A stretch of 64,000 nt of DNA from positions 254,773-318,772 of the forward strand of contig JAYZAS010000004.1 of the NCBI GenBank assembly GCA_036339585.1, given 5' to 3'. The stretch's first letter is position 1. Each line of letters begins with the position of its first letter. The translations under genes and the position numbers were made by a program. Shown piece by piece: positions 29,335-38,188 of the stretch. Below the pieces are notes generated by a model. That model was given only the letters and a program-made list of their open reading frames with translations, did not search any database and was not told the DNA's origin. The DNA is from Pseudomonadota bacterium. GTDB lineage: Bacteria; Pseudomonadota; Alphaproteobacteria; UBA8366.

Positions 29335-30018
29335 ATGAAAGCCATCGTCCCAATAGTAGCCATTACAATAGCGTTTATTTTCCCACTGCCTCAAACCTCA
29401 TTAGCTGGCATGGAGGAAGACCAGCTGGTCTCAAGAGCACATTTCACAATTCAACGAATGGCGAAGGATGAGAATATTGGACAAGACATCCGCAATATCA
29501 TTCAGCGCGCTAGGGCGGTAATGATTTTTCCTAATGTTTTAAAAGGAGCATTCTTTGTTGGAGCGGAGGGAGGAAATGGTATTTTAATGGCTAAGGACTC
29601 TAATCAAAATTGGGGGTACCCTGCTTTTTTTACCATGGGTTCAGCGAGTTTTGGGTTACAGTTTGGTGGCCAGTCTCAAGAAATTTTGTTGCTAATAATG
29701 TCAGATAATGGCTTGGCTTCGATACTTCAGAATGAGGTTAAACTTGGCGGTGATCTCAGTGTAGCAGCTGGGCCAGTAGGCGTTGGTGCTGGGGCCGCCA
29801 CCACCACAAACTTAAGCGCAGACATATATTCGTTTTCCATAAATCAGGGTGCATTTGTAGGCGCTAGCGTTGAAGGAGCAATAATTCATCCACGACAATC
29901 AAAAAATAAATCCTATTATGGAAGCGAGAAGGCAACAGCAGAAGAAATAGCTCTTAAGGGTCGATACCAGAATGTCCAGGCTAATGCTTTGCGCTCGTCA
30001 CTACGCAATTTACGCTGA
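29335..30018 (+). CDS. SYLF (Ysc84-like) lipid-binding domain protein, secreted
   Basis: 227-aa ORF with a signal peptide and the glycine-rich repeats GAEGGNGILMAKD...GLQFGGQS...GGDLSVAAGPVG...GAFVGASVEGA characteristic of SYLF/DUF500. A GAAGGAG RBS precedes the ATG. Confidence 0.75.
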   Translation: MKAIVPIVAITIAFIFPLPQTSLAGMEEDQLVSRAHFTIQRMAKDENIGQDIRNIIQRARAVMIFPNVLKGAFFVGAEGGNGILMAKDSNQNWGYPAFFTMGSASFGLQFGGQSQEILLLIMSDNGLASILQNEVKLGGDLSVAAGPVGVGAGAATTTNLSADIYSFSINQGAFVGASVEGAIIHPRQSKNKSYYGSEKATAEEIALKGRYQNVQANALRSSLRNLR

Positions 30019-30024
30019 CCACCC

Positions 30025-31011
30025 CTAATCTAGAACCAGCCAAAGCGCCAATACGAAGAGGCCATTTAAGCAACACGCAGCAACAAACAAATTAAGAGAC
30101 TGTTTTATATCAACAGGTAATAATTCAAACCTACCATTCCCGATCCACACACCCTCCTGCAAACCACCTTTGTAAACACGTGGGCCCCCGAGTGCGTAGT
30201 TAAGTGCTCCTGCCATCGCGGCCTCAGGCCAGCCGGCGTTGACGGAGGGATGTTTCGATGCATCGTTCAGAATAAAACGAACAGCCCGCAGGGGTTTACT
30301 CCTCGGGAACACACACGCTGCAACGATAATGAGAAGCGCTGCAAAACGCGCAGGGATCCACATTACTACATCGTCCAGTCTCGCTGCTACTCGACCAAAC
30401 ATATTGTATCGCTCATTGCGATAGCCAATCATACTGTCCATAGTATTGACCGCCTTGCAGAAAAAGAGACCTGGAAGCCCGAAGATCAGGTACCACAAAG
30501 CGGGAGCTACTACACCGTCGGCAAAATTTTCTGACAACGACTCTATAGCAGCCCTTGATACGCCACCTTTATCAAGACCCGCTGTATTACGCCCAACGAT
30601 ATGAGCAACTGTTCTGCGGCCTGCCTCTATCCCATTTTTTTCAAGTTCTATACTTACCGAACGAACGTGGTCGTATAAGCTTCGCTGAGCCAATAGAAAG
30701 GCAATTAATATTAATTCCAAAGCCCAAAGGTTATACAGAGCTATAAATATTTGCAGGCCCCAGCCCATGATTATTACAATGATTGCAATCACTACCGTCA
30801 GTAAAGCTCCCCGTGCCAAACGTGCCAAGTCGCCTAAACTATTATGATTAAGTTTGCGCTCACCAAATTCTATCACATTACCCAGAAGTGATATTGGATG
30901 CGGTATAATCCGAAATATTAAACGCGGGTCGCCTAAAAACGCATCTAATAGCAACGCCAGCGCTAAGAGAAAAGTACGATCCGAAAAGACATCAGTAGCC
31001 CAGAGCTTCAT
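30025..31011 (-). CDS. cbiB: Adenosylcobinamide-phosphate synthase
   Basis: 328-aa membrane ORF with LLLDAFLGDP....PHP, AAIESLSENFADGVVAPLWYL and DSMIGYRNERY, all CbiB/CobD signatures. Confidence 0.92.
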   Translation of the reverse strand: MKLWATDVFSDRTFLLALALLLDAFLGDPRLIFRIIPHPISLLGNVIEFGERKLNHNSLGDLARLARGALLTVVIAIIVIIMGWGLQIFIALYNLWALELILIAFLLAQRSLYDHVRSVSIELEKNGIEAGRRTVAHIVGRNTAGLDKGGVSRAAIESLSENFADGVVAPALWYLIFGLPGLFFCKAVNTMDSMIGYRNERYNMFGRVAARLDDVVMWIPARFAALLIIVAACVFPRSKPLRAVRFILNDASKHPSVNAGWPEAAMAGALNYALGGPRVYKGGLQEGVWIGNGRFELLPVDIKQSLNLFVAACCLNGLFVLALWLVLD

Positions 31012-31075
31012 TAATGATTATACGTTTCATTCAGAATTTGCTTTTAAAAGCGTTTTGAACAGAACTTACACCCAA

Positions 31076-31972
31076 ATGCATTTTGATGAATATATCACAG
31101 TTGATTGGAGTTCTGCTAGTTCACCTCAGACCGGGCCAAACAGCATTTGGATCTGTGCATTAATATGGCGCCCAGAAGCACCGCAGAAAAGTAAACTTCA
31201 CAATATACCAACCCGATCAGCAGCTACAGAATGGCTCAGAGGCCATCTTTACTCCTCCTCCCAAGCTGGCAATCGAATTCTTGTTGGATTTGACTTTCCA
31301 TTCGGTTATCCCGCTGGAACTGCCTCAGCTCTTGGTATGCAGGGACCGCAATGGAGGAACATATGGCAACTTCTATTCGAAGGCCTTTCGGACAACCAGA
31401 ACAACCAAAATAATCGGTTTGACCTCGCAGAGTATCTTAATCAACAGATCACCGGCGAAGCTTTTCCATTCTGGGGAAATGTACGGGATGAAAAGCGAAA
31501 ATATCTCCTACGCCGCGGCCGCCGCCCACATGAACAAAATGACGTCGCAGAACGACGTTTAGTTGAACAACTTGTCCCGAGTGCTCAGCCTGTATGGAAA
31601 TTGGCAGGGGTGGGTTCGGCAGGCAGTCAAGCACTTACTGGAATACCTGCAGTGTGGTCGTTACGCTTTGATCCTCACCTCGCAAGGAAAACACGTATTT
31701 GGCCATTTGAAACGGGTCTACAGATCGAGCCTTCTGCTCAAATTATTATGGCAGAGATCTATCCATCAATCTTTCCTCTTCACCCAATCAAGGGAAAACC
31801 AAAAGATGCCGCACAAGTGACCTCTGCAGCACAAGCCTTAGCTATCGCGGATGTTAATAATCAGATTGATTCGTTTTTTGGTGGGCTTTCAGGTTTAAAC
31901 AGAGGGGATAGAACAAAAATAGAAAATGAAGAAGCATGGATTTTGGGTGTTTCAGACCACTTCAAAAAATGA
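31076..31972 (+). CDS. Conserved hypothetical protein, family not recognised
   Basis: The track ORF (30854..31972) overlaps the cbiB 5-prime end. The first ATG clear of cbiB is at 31076 and gives 298 aa: MHFDEYITVDWSSASSPQTGPNSIWICAL...VGFDFPFGYPAG. The coding call is supported by length and by the absence of competing ORFs. I cannot assign a function from the sequence. Confidence 0.6.
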   Translation: MHFDEYITVDWSSASSPQTGPNSIWICALIWRPEAPQKSKLHNIPTRSAATEWLRGHLYSSSQAGNRILVGFDFPFGYPAGTASALGMQGPQWRNIWQLLFEGLSDNQNNQNNRFDLAEYLNQQITGEAFPFWGNVRDEKRKYLLRRGRRPHEQNDVAERRLVEQLVPSAQPVWKLAGVGSAGSQALTGIPAVWSLRFDPHLARKTRIWPFETGLQIEPSAQIIMAEIYPSIFPLHPIKGKPKDAAQVTSAAQALAIADVNNQIDSFFGGLSGLNRGDRTKIENEEAWILGVSDHFKK

Positions 31973-32032
31973 CTGGCATATGCAGTTATAGGTTGTACAT
32001 TTAGACTTCTGTTCTAGATATTTCAAAAAACG

Positions 32033-32380
32033 TTGGGAAAAATGGATTTTCGCGACCTTGATGCCCTTCATACCGCACATGACCTGCTAATTGAGATATA
32101 CGATATTAGCCAGTCATTCCCCGCTGACAATCAGTTTACTTTGGGTGCCGCAATTTGCGCCACAGCATTGGAAATACCAGCTATTTTAGCTGAGGGATGC
32201 GGCCAAAAAAACGATTGCGCATTGAAAAAATCGATTTCAAAAGCCATGGGTCTTACCTGCCGACTGGAATACTTCATCTTGGTTGCGGGTCAACTCGGCA
32301 TTGTTGACGAAGAAAACTTAGCTCATTTAACCGACCTTTTGGAGGCACTAAAAATAGAACTCAATAAATCCTCTGCCTAG
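32033..32380 (+). CDS. Four-helix-bundle protein (23S rRNA intervening-sequence protein / Avd-like family)
   Basis: 115-aa ORF. FRDLDALHTAHDLLIEIYDISQSFPADNQFTLGAAICATALEIPAILAEGCGQKN follows the family pattern (F.DL.vw..A..L...iY..t..FP..E.y.L..Q.rRAa.SI..NIAEG.gr). Confidence 0.75.
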   Translation: MGKMDFRDLDALHTAHDLLIEIYDISQSFPADNQFTLGAAICATALEIPAILAEGCGQKNDCALKKSISKAMGLTCRLEYFILVAGQLGIVDEENLAHLTDLLEALKIELNKSSA

Positions 32381-32382
32381 GG

Positions 32383-33096
32383 TCAATTGCTTGATCCGAT
32401 CTGGCTCAACACTCTTATTATTTCTTGATTACGCTGCATTTGGGCCCAGTCTAGGGGGCTACGTCCGGTATAATCACGTATCGATAAATCTGCATTATTT
32501 TCAAGTAGGAGTTGGACTATTTGTATGTGACTTTCTTTGACCGCCATCATCAATGGTGTCACGCCCTCTTTATTCTGGCGGTCAGGACTGGCTTGTACAC
32601 CCAATAGAAGTTGCGCAATTTCATACTCTCCGAGTTCGGCCGCCCAGCTTAAAGCTGTTCGGCCAAAGTCATCCATGATATCGGGCCGCGCACCAAACTT
32701 TATTAAGGTTTCAACAATATCAAAATGTCGTCCGATAGTTGCCATCATTAAGGGGGTGCGCCCGTCTTCCGAAAACTTTACATTCGGGTTGGCGCCCGAT
32801 TTCAAGAGATAGTCCACAGACTGCCAATCTCCTTGCTGCGCCGCTCCAAACAGAGGACTTAAGCCTACTTTCTGTAATTTTATTCCCATTTGCGCTTGGG
32901 CTTGAGACAAAGAAATTGTAAATGTACCACATATGATCATCGCCAAACTTAAAGCTGAGACAACACTCAAGTTCCAGAAATTTGGCCGAAAGTAACCTAA
33001 TTTTGATGCGCAAGATCGACCTCGGTGTATAAGAAAAAAAGGTATCCAATCATAAGCAAAACTGTTGCTGTCAAGTTTCGTCATTTTACTCGACAT
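32383..33096 (-). CDS. Ankyrin-repeat protein with an N-terminal hydrophobic anchor or signal
   Basis: 237-aa ORF. A hydrophobic stretch (VVSALSLAMIICGTFTISLSQAQA) is followed by at least four ANK repeats (GRTPLMMATIGRHFDIVETLIKFGARPD, GRTALSWAAELGEYEIAQLLL, GVTPLMMAVKESHIQIVQLLLENNADL, GRSPLDWAQ). Confidence 0.85.
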   Translation of the reverse strand: MSSKMTKLDSNSFAYDWIPFFLIHRGRSCASKLGYFRPNFWNLSVVSALSLAMIICGTFTISLSQAQAQMGIKLQKVGLSPLFGAAQQGDWQSVDYLLKSGANPNVKFSEDGRTPLMMATIGRHFDIVETLIKFGARPDIMDDFGRTALSWAAELGEYEIAQLLLGVQASPDRQNKEGVTPLMMAVKESHIQIVQLLLENNADLSIRDYTGRSPLDWAQMQRNQEIIRVLSQIGSSN

Positions 33097-33139
33097 TCTT
33101 TTGCACTCCCAAAAGCGTAGTTAGATGTTAAAATAGGCC

Positions 33140-34459
33140 ATGAAAAAAAAATCTTCTGGCCTAATAATCGCCGCACCTGCAAGCGGCAACGGTAAAACGA
33201 TTATAACGCTTGGACTAATTCGTGCATTGAAAAATAATGGCTATGTTGTAGCTCCGGCAAAAATTGGACCTGATTACATAGATCCAAGCTATCTAGCTGC
33301 TGCGGCTGACATGCCATGCCTAAACCTAGACCTGTGGGCAATGAGGTTGGAGACCATTGCAGGGCATTGTTTCAGCCTCTCCAAAGCAGCGCCACTCATA
33401 ATTTGCGAGGGCGTGATGGGATTATTTGATGGCACGTGCAATGGCAAGAATTCCACCGCTGATCTTTCAGCAACAACGGGTTGGCCTGTGATTTTAGTTG
33501 TAGATGTAAAAGGGCAGGCAGCTTCTGCAGCGGCAGTGATAAGAGGTTTCGCAAACCATCGGGATGATTTCGACTTATGTGGAGTGATATTCAATCGTGT
33601 CGGCAGCACAAAACATCGCCAATCTATATCTAATGCAATGAAAGAAACCCTCCCAAGCATCCCAATTTTAGGTTTTGTGCCAAAGACTGTTAGCATGCAA
33701 CTAGCGGAACGGCATTTGGGTCTAATTCATGCGTCCGAAACGGGTCAGATGTTAGAGTTTCTGTCCGCAGCAAGTGAACTTATAGCAAACAGCATTGATC
33801 TAGGAACTCTTGCCAGTCTCGCTCAAGAGACAAGGATCGAAATGCGCGAGAAAAAGTCTGCCCTAGCTCCAATCGGGCAACATATCGCAGTTGCAAGGGA
33901 CGCAGCATTTGCATTTTTATACGACGCGCTTTTACAGGATTGGCGAAATCAAAATGCCGAGCTCTCGTTCTTTTCACCTCTTGCCAATGAAAAGCCGTCG
34001 AGCCATGCAGATGCGATCTACTTGCCTGGTGGATACCCCGAGTTGTATGCAGAACAACTTGCCAGTAATGGAGATTTTCATGCAGGACTTCGATCCGCAG
34101 CATCAAAAGCTTTTGTTTATGGCGAATGTGGCGGCTTTATGGTGCTCGGAAAAAGCATAATTGACAGATGTGGTAAAGGCCACCACATGACTGGTCTTTT
34201 GCCACTCGAGAGTAGTTTTGCAAACCCAAAGTTACATCTAGGTTACCGCGAGGTAAAGAGCTGCTCAGACACCCCGTTCGGTTCTGTGGGAAAAAGGTTC
34301 CGGGGACACGAATTTCATTACTCCACCGCGACAACACTTGATCCAGACATAGGAAAATTATTTTCTTGCACCGACTCCGCCCAAAAACCCCTGGAGTCTT
34401 CAGGCCTGATCTCAAATAACGTCGCAGGCTCATTCATTCATCTCGTAGATGAGGCCTAG
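33140..34459 (+). CDS. cobB: Cobyrinate a,c-diamide synthase (CobB/CbiA)
   Basis: 439-aa ORF. The N-terminal P-loop is IAAPASGNGKTIITLGL, followed by KIGPDYIDP. The C-terminal glutaminase domain carries YGECGGFMVLG and a GHEFHY motif. Confidence 0.92.
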   Translation: MKKKSSGLIIAAPASGNGKTIITLGLIRALKNNGYVVAPAKIGPDYIDPSYLAAAADMPCLNLDLWAMRLETIAGHCFSLSKAAPLIICEGVMGLFDGTCNGKNSTADLSATTGWPVILVVDVKGQAASAAAVIRGFANHRDDFDLCGVIFNRVGSTKHRQSISNAMKETLPSIPILGFVPKTVSMQLAERHLGLIHASETGQMLEFLSAASELIANSIDLGTLASLAQETRIEMREKKSALAPIGQHIAVARDAAFAFLYDALLQDWRNQNAELSFFSPLANEKPSSHADAIYLPGGYPELYAEQLASNGDFHAGLRSAASKAFVYGECGGFMVLGKSIIDRCGKGHHMTGLLPLESSFANPKLHLGYREVKSCSDTPFGSVGKRFRGHEFHYSTATTLDPDIGKLFSCTDSAQKPLESSGLISNNVAGSFIHLVDEA

Positions 34460-34928
34460 AAAAATGGCTCCCTTCTGGAAACGTAAGAAATTATCCAATA
34501 TGTCGGTGGCAGAATGGGAAGCCATTTGCGACGGGTGTGGATCCTGTTGCCTACATAAAATACAAGACGTAGATACCGGTGATATTGCATTTACTAACGT
34601 TTCCTGCCACCAACTCGATCTTGAGACTTGTAAGTGTTCTGATTACTGTCGACGTCAAGAAAGTGTACCAGACTGCATAAATCTTAATCACCATAATATT
34701 CAGAAACTCGAATGGTTGCCAAACACCTGCGCCTACCGATTGCTGGACGAGGGCAAGGAGCTTTTCTGGTGGCATCCCTTAGTATCAGGCGATCCCGAAA
34801 CGGTTCATACGGCAGGAATATCTGTACGCGGAAAAGGTATTTGTGAGAATGACGTCGAGGACATTAAAGATCACATAGAAAAATGGCTTGTAAAAGCAGC
34901 AGATCCCATAAATCAAGATGACAGATAA
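34449..34928 (+). CDS. ycgN: YcgN family cysteine-cluster protein (UPF0260)
   Basis: 159-aa ORF. FWKRKKLSNMSVAEWEAICDGCGSCCLHK...C.QLD...C.C..Y matches the YcgN family cysteine pattern. Confidence 0.85.
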   Translation: MRPRKMAPFWKRKKLSNMSVAEWEAICDGCGSCCLHKIQDVDTGDIAFTNVSCHQLDLETCKCSDYCRRQESVPDCINLNHHNIQKLEWLPNTCAYRLLDEGKELFWWHPLVSGDPETVHTAGISVRGKGICENDVEDIKDHIEKWLVKAADPINQDDR

Positions 34929-35613
34929 AATTATTGCACAGAAAGATTACGAAAGCTCTGTAATCATCCGTCATGCGGTAAACGCAAAGCGCATATCACT
35001 TAGAATTGATGGCACAATCCGACGAGGAGTTCTCGTGCTACCACCGAATATTTCAGAAGAAGAGGGACTAGAATTTGCCAATAAAAATAAAGAATGGCTG
35101 AATGAGCAAATCGCACGTCTTCCCCGTTTTGTGCCCTTTCATGATGGTGTGACGATTCCTTTCCGAGGCAAACCACTGATTGTCAGGCATGGTGGAAACA
35201 CACGCGGTTTAATCAAATTTGACGGGGATCGATTGATAGTATTTGGTAGGCAAGAACATTTTCGGCGACGGCTAACAGACTGGCTAAAAAGCCAAGCTCG
35301 CTGCGAGATAGGTCAATTGGTGACAAACAAATCATTGAAAATTAGTTGCAAGGCAGGACGCATTTCCATACGAGACCAAAAAGGGCGATGGGGGAGTTGC
35401 TCCTCCAACGGTAATTTAGCCTTTAGTTGGCGCCTCATTATGGCGCCAAGTTTTGTTCTTGACTATGTTGTCGCTCATGAAGTGGCTCATTTGGTCGAGC
35501 ACAATCATTCTCGCGCGTTTTGGAATGTTGTTAGGTCTCTTACAAACCATACAGACGGCGGGCGTATTTGGCTCAAGCACGAAGGCCTTCAGCTGCACCG
35601 CTATGGAAAATAA
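34918..35613 (+). CDS. M48-family metallopeptidase (YgjP/DUF45-like)
   Basis: 231-aa ORF with RWGSCSSNGNLAFSWRLIMAP..VLDYVVAHEVAHLVEHNHSRAFW (HExxH zinc motif). It overlaps ycgN by 11 nt. Confidence 0.85.
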   Translation: MTDKIIAQKDYESSVIIRHAVNAKRISLRIDGTIRRGVLVLPPNISEEEGLEFANKNKEWLNEQIARLPRFVPFHDGVTIPFRGKPLIVRHGGNTRGLIKFDGDRLIVFGRQEHFRRRLTDWLKSQARCEIGQLVTNKSLKISCKAGRISIRDQKGRWGSCSSNGNLAFSWRLIMAPSFVLDYVVAHEVAHLVEHNHSRAFWNVVRSLTNHTDGGRIWLKHEGLQLHRYGK

Positions 35614-35623
35614 CTTTAGTTTA

Positions 35624-37456
35624 TTAATCTTTTCCAATAACACCAGGTAATCGGCGGTATGGTAGGTCTCGGTGCGCATCCTCCATTATCATTTTCCAGA
35701 GTTGTGCCGGCAGTGAGCCACCGGTCAGACCTTTAGTTGGTTGGCCATTGTCATTGCCCATCCAAACACCTGTAACATAGTGACCTGTATATCCAATGAA
35801 CCAAGCATCGCGATAGCCCTGAGTAGTTCCGGTTTTCCCAGCAGCGGGCGGCTTGATACGTGCTGCTTTTCCCGTGCCCCAATCCAAAGCAGCGTGCAAT
35901 AGATCATTCATGACAATGACATCTCGATCGGCCACTACTTGAGTCGATATACCGCTTGAGCGACTATATATATTGCGACCATCAGGTGTGCTTATCCTTT
36001 CAATGCCGAATGGCTCAACTGCACGCCCAGCATTTGCAAATGTTGCATAAGAAGCAACTAATTCGGATAGCCTTATTTCATAAACCCCAAGGGCTAGTGA
36101 TGGTTTAGACCCAAGCTTACTGGCAACACCAAGCCGCCGCGCCACTTGAACAACTTTGTCACGACCAATCTTCTCCGCTAACGCTACCGCAATAGCGTTG
36201 GAAGAACGCGCAACACCCTCACGCAAGGTCATAGGCCCCAAATGCCGACGGTTATAATTACGCGGTTTCCAACCCTGCACTGCAATTGGCATGTCTTTAA
36301 CACGCTGATCCGGATCCATCCCACTTTCCACGGCAGCAAGGTAGACAAATAGTTTAAATGCAGAACCCGGCTGTCTCCGGGCTTGAGTCGCGCGATTAAA
36401 TTGACTGAAGTCGTAATTGCTCCCGCCCACCATAAGGCGAATAGCGCCATTAGGTGATAGAGTCAGGACTGCTACTTGACCCGCTCTTTTCTCTTTCGCA
36501 AAACTCATAACAGCAGAAGTATGTTTTTCCGCTGCCCTCTGCAACGTCGGGTCGAGTGTTGTATGAATTATAACATCATTGTCGAAACCGCCCAAAAAAC
36601 CCTCTGCCTGACGCAAAACCCAATCTGCAAAATAACGGGTCCCGGAACGTGGTACCCTCTTATTAATAGTAGCCACCGATTGACGAAATTGACTGTGCGC
36701 TGCTTGCTCCGACAACCAACCGACGGCAGCCATGTTTCTTAAAATCTGATTAGCACGCTCGGCCGCACGTTTGGGGTATACAGTAGGATTATAACGACTC
36801 GGCGCCTTCAAAAGCCCCACTAATACCGCCGATTCGTAAAGCCCTAGCTTACTCGATGATTTGCCAAAGTAATGTCTGGCCGCGGCATCCACACCATAAA
36901 GACCAGCTCCGAAGTAAGCTCGATTAAGGTAAAGTGTGAGTATCTCGTCTTTAGTAAAATGATATTCGAGCCAGAAAGCTAATAATATCTCGCGGATTTT
37001 TCGCGATAGCGTACGCTCCTGTGTCAAAAATAAGTTCTTCGCCAATTGTTGAGTGATGGTACTACCACCCTGAAGGATACGACCTGCATTTATGTTTCGG
37101 CCCAGTGCCCTGAGAATGCCGATAAGGTCAATACCCAGATGTTTGTAAAAGCGCCTGTCTTCAGTCGCCAATAGAGCATTGGGCACTGTGATTGGCAGAT
37201 TTCTCAAAAGGACCGGTTTTCCATGCCGGTTGCCGAACTGAAAAATAGGGCTTCCATCAACAGCTAAAATTCTGACTTCTGCCTTCCTATAGGAAGCTTT
37301 CTCCAAATTCGTAATATTTGGCAGGCTCAAAGCCGCAAAAAGAAGACCTCCTAATACAGCTGCTGTGCTCCAAAATAAAAACTGCGTTATATAGAGCTTA
37401 TATCGCCACCGTTTTTTTTTACTAACAGATCGGCTTTTTTTGCTTTTGCGTGCCAT
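35624..37456 (-). CDS. Class A penicillin-binding protein (transglycosylase + transpeptidase)
   Basis: 610-aa ORF with an N-terminal TM anchor. The GT51 motifs are ATEDRRFYKHLGID and GGSTITQQLAKN. The transpeptidase motifs are SxxK (GSAFKLFVY), SSN and KTGTT. Confidence 0.9.
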   Translation of the reverse strand: MARKSKKSRSVSKKKRWRYKLYITQFLFWSTAAVLGGLLFAALSLPNITNLEKASYRKAEVRILAVDGSPIFQFGNRHGKPVLLRNLPITVPNALLATEDRRFYKHLGIDLIGILRALGRNINAGRILQGGSTITQQLAKNLFLTQERTLSRKIREILLAFWLEYHFTKDEILTLYLNRAYFGAGLYGVDAAARHYFGKSSSKLGLYESAVLVGLLKAPSRYNPTVYPKRAAERANQILRNMAAVGWLSEQAAHSQFRQSVATINKRVPRSGTRYFADWVLRQAEGFLGGFDNDVIIHTTLDPTLQRAAEKHTSAVMSFAKEKRAGQVAVLTLSPNGAIRLMVGGSNYDFSQFNRATQARRQPGSAFKLFVYLAAVESGMDPDQRVKDMPIAVQGWKPRNYNRRHLGPMTLREGVARSSNAIAVALAEKIGRDKVVQVARRLGVASKLGSKPSLALGVYEIRLSELVASYATFANAGRAVEPFGIERISTPDGRNIYSRSSGISTQVVADRDVIVMNDLLHAALDWGTGKAARIKPPAAGKTGTTQGYRDAWFIGYTGHYVTGVWMGNDNGQPTKGLTGGSLPAQLWKMIMEDAHRDLPYRRLPGVIGKD

Positions 37457-37576
37457 TATAATTCTTTCAAAGAATACAATTGTTTCTAGATCGAAATGAA
37501 ATATCGGATCTCAAATACGACCTTGAAGACATGTCCTAGACTCATCAATATTCCACTGGACAGAAAGCAATACAAA

Positions 37577-38077
37577 CTACCGTATGGTTTCTTTTGGATA
37601 TAGACCCCAGAGGCCTTTTCGGCGAATCCAGCCTTCATGGTCATGAGCCGAAACATAACACCAATCTAAATCGCATCTTTTAACGAGAACAATCATCTTG
37701 GTTGAAAGTCTAGCGATTGCGGGAGCACTATCGCTTGGCCGGCGGCGCATGGTTTTTTGAACTCCGGTGAGTATTAAACTTCTTTTGTATTCGAGCATAG
37801 CACGGTGGACCCATCCTTCACCACCTTCCCAATCACGTATCTTCCTCCATGTATCATATTGTGCAATGACTTCTATCGGTGCATGACGCTGAACAAACTT
37901 CCATTTTACGGGATAGCGAACTCCTGGCCCTGCCCGAACATTCACGTCATTTGCACGTATCGAAGCAAAGCGCTGAACGAGTTTGCCTTTCTTGGCTTTT
38001 TGTGCGGACACCTCAATTGGACTAGAAATAACTATAGAACTAACAAGAAAAATATAAAAAAAGCTTTTTAAAATCAT
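37577..38077 (-). CDS. SH3 domain protein (DUF1058-like), secreted
   Basis: The track ORF runs to 38170. The internal ATG at 38077 gives a clean signal peptide, MILKSFFYIFLVSSIVISSPIEVSAQ. The body, VNVRAGPGVRYPVKWKFVQRHAPIEVIAQYDTWRKIRDWEGGEGWVH, matches the DUF1058 SH3 pattern. Confidence 0.7.
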   Translation of the reverse strand: MILKSFFYIFLVSSIVISSPIEVSAQKAKKGKLVQRFASIRANDVNVRAGPGVRYPVKWKFVQRHAPIEVIAQYDTWRKIRDWEGGEGWVHRAMLEYKRSLILTGVQKTMRRRPSDSAPAIARLSTKMIVLVKRCDLDWCYVSAHDHEGWIRRKGLWGLYPKETIR

Positions 38078-38188
38078 CTTCAACAACCCAAAATACGACA
38101 CACCCATAGAAAAGCTATTGTCTGTATAGCATGTAATATATTTGCATACTGCAATGTTCGCGCCGCTCAACTAGCAAAGACCCAAATA

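Noticed and set aside
31076-33096. A possible diversity-generating retroelement, because an Avd-like four-helix-bundle gene sits between two non-housekeeping genes.
   Set aside because: There is no reverse transcriptase ORF anywhere in the window. No space exists for a template repeat, since the bundle gene ends 2 nt from the convergent ankyrin gene. I also saw no repeat of the 3-prime end of the upstream gene.
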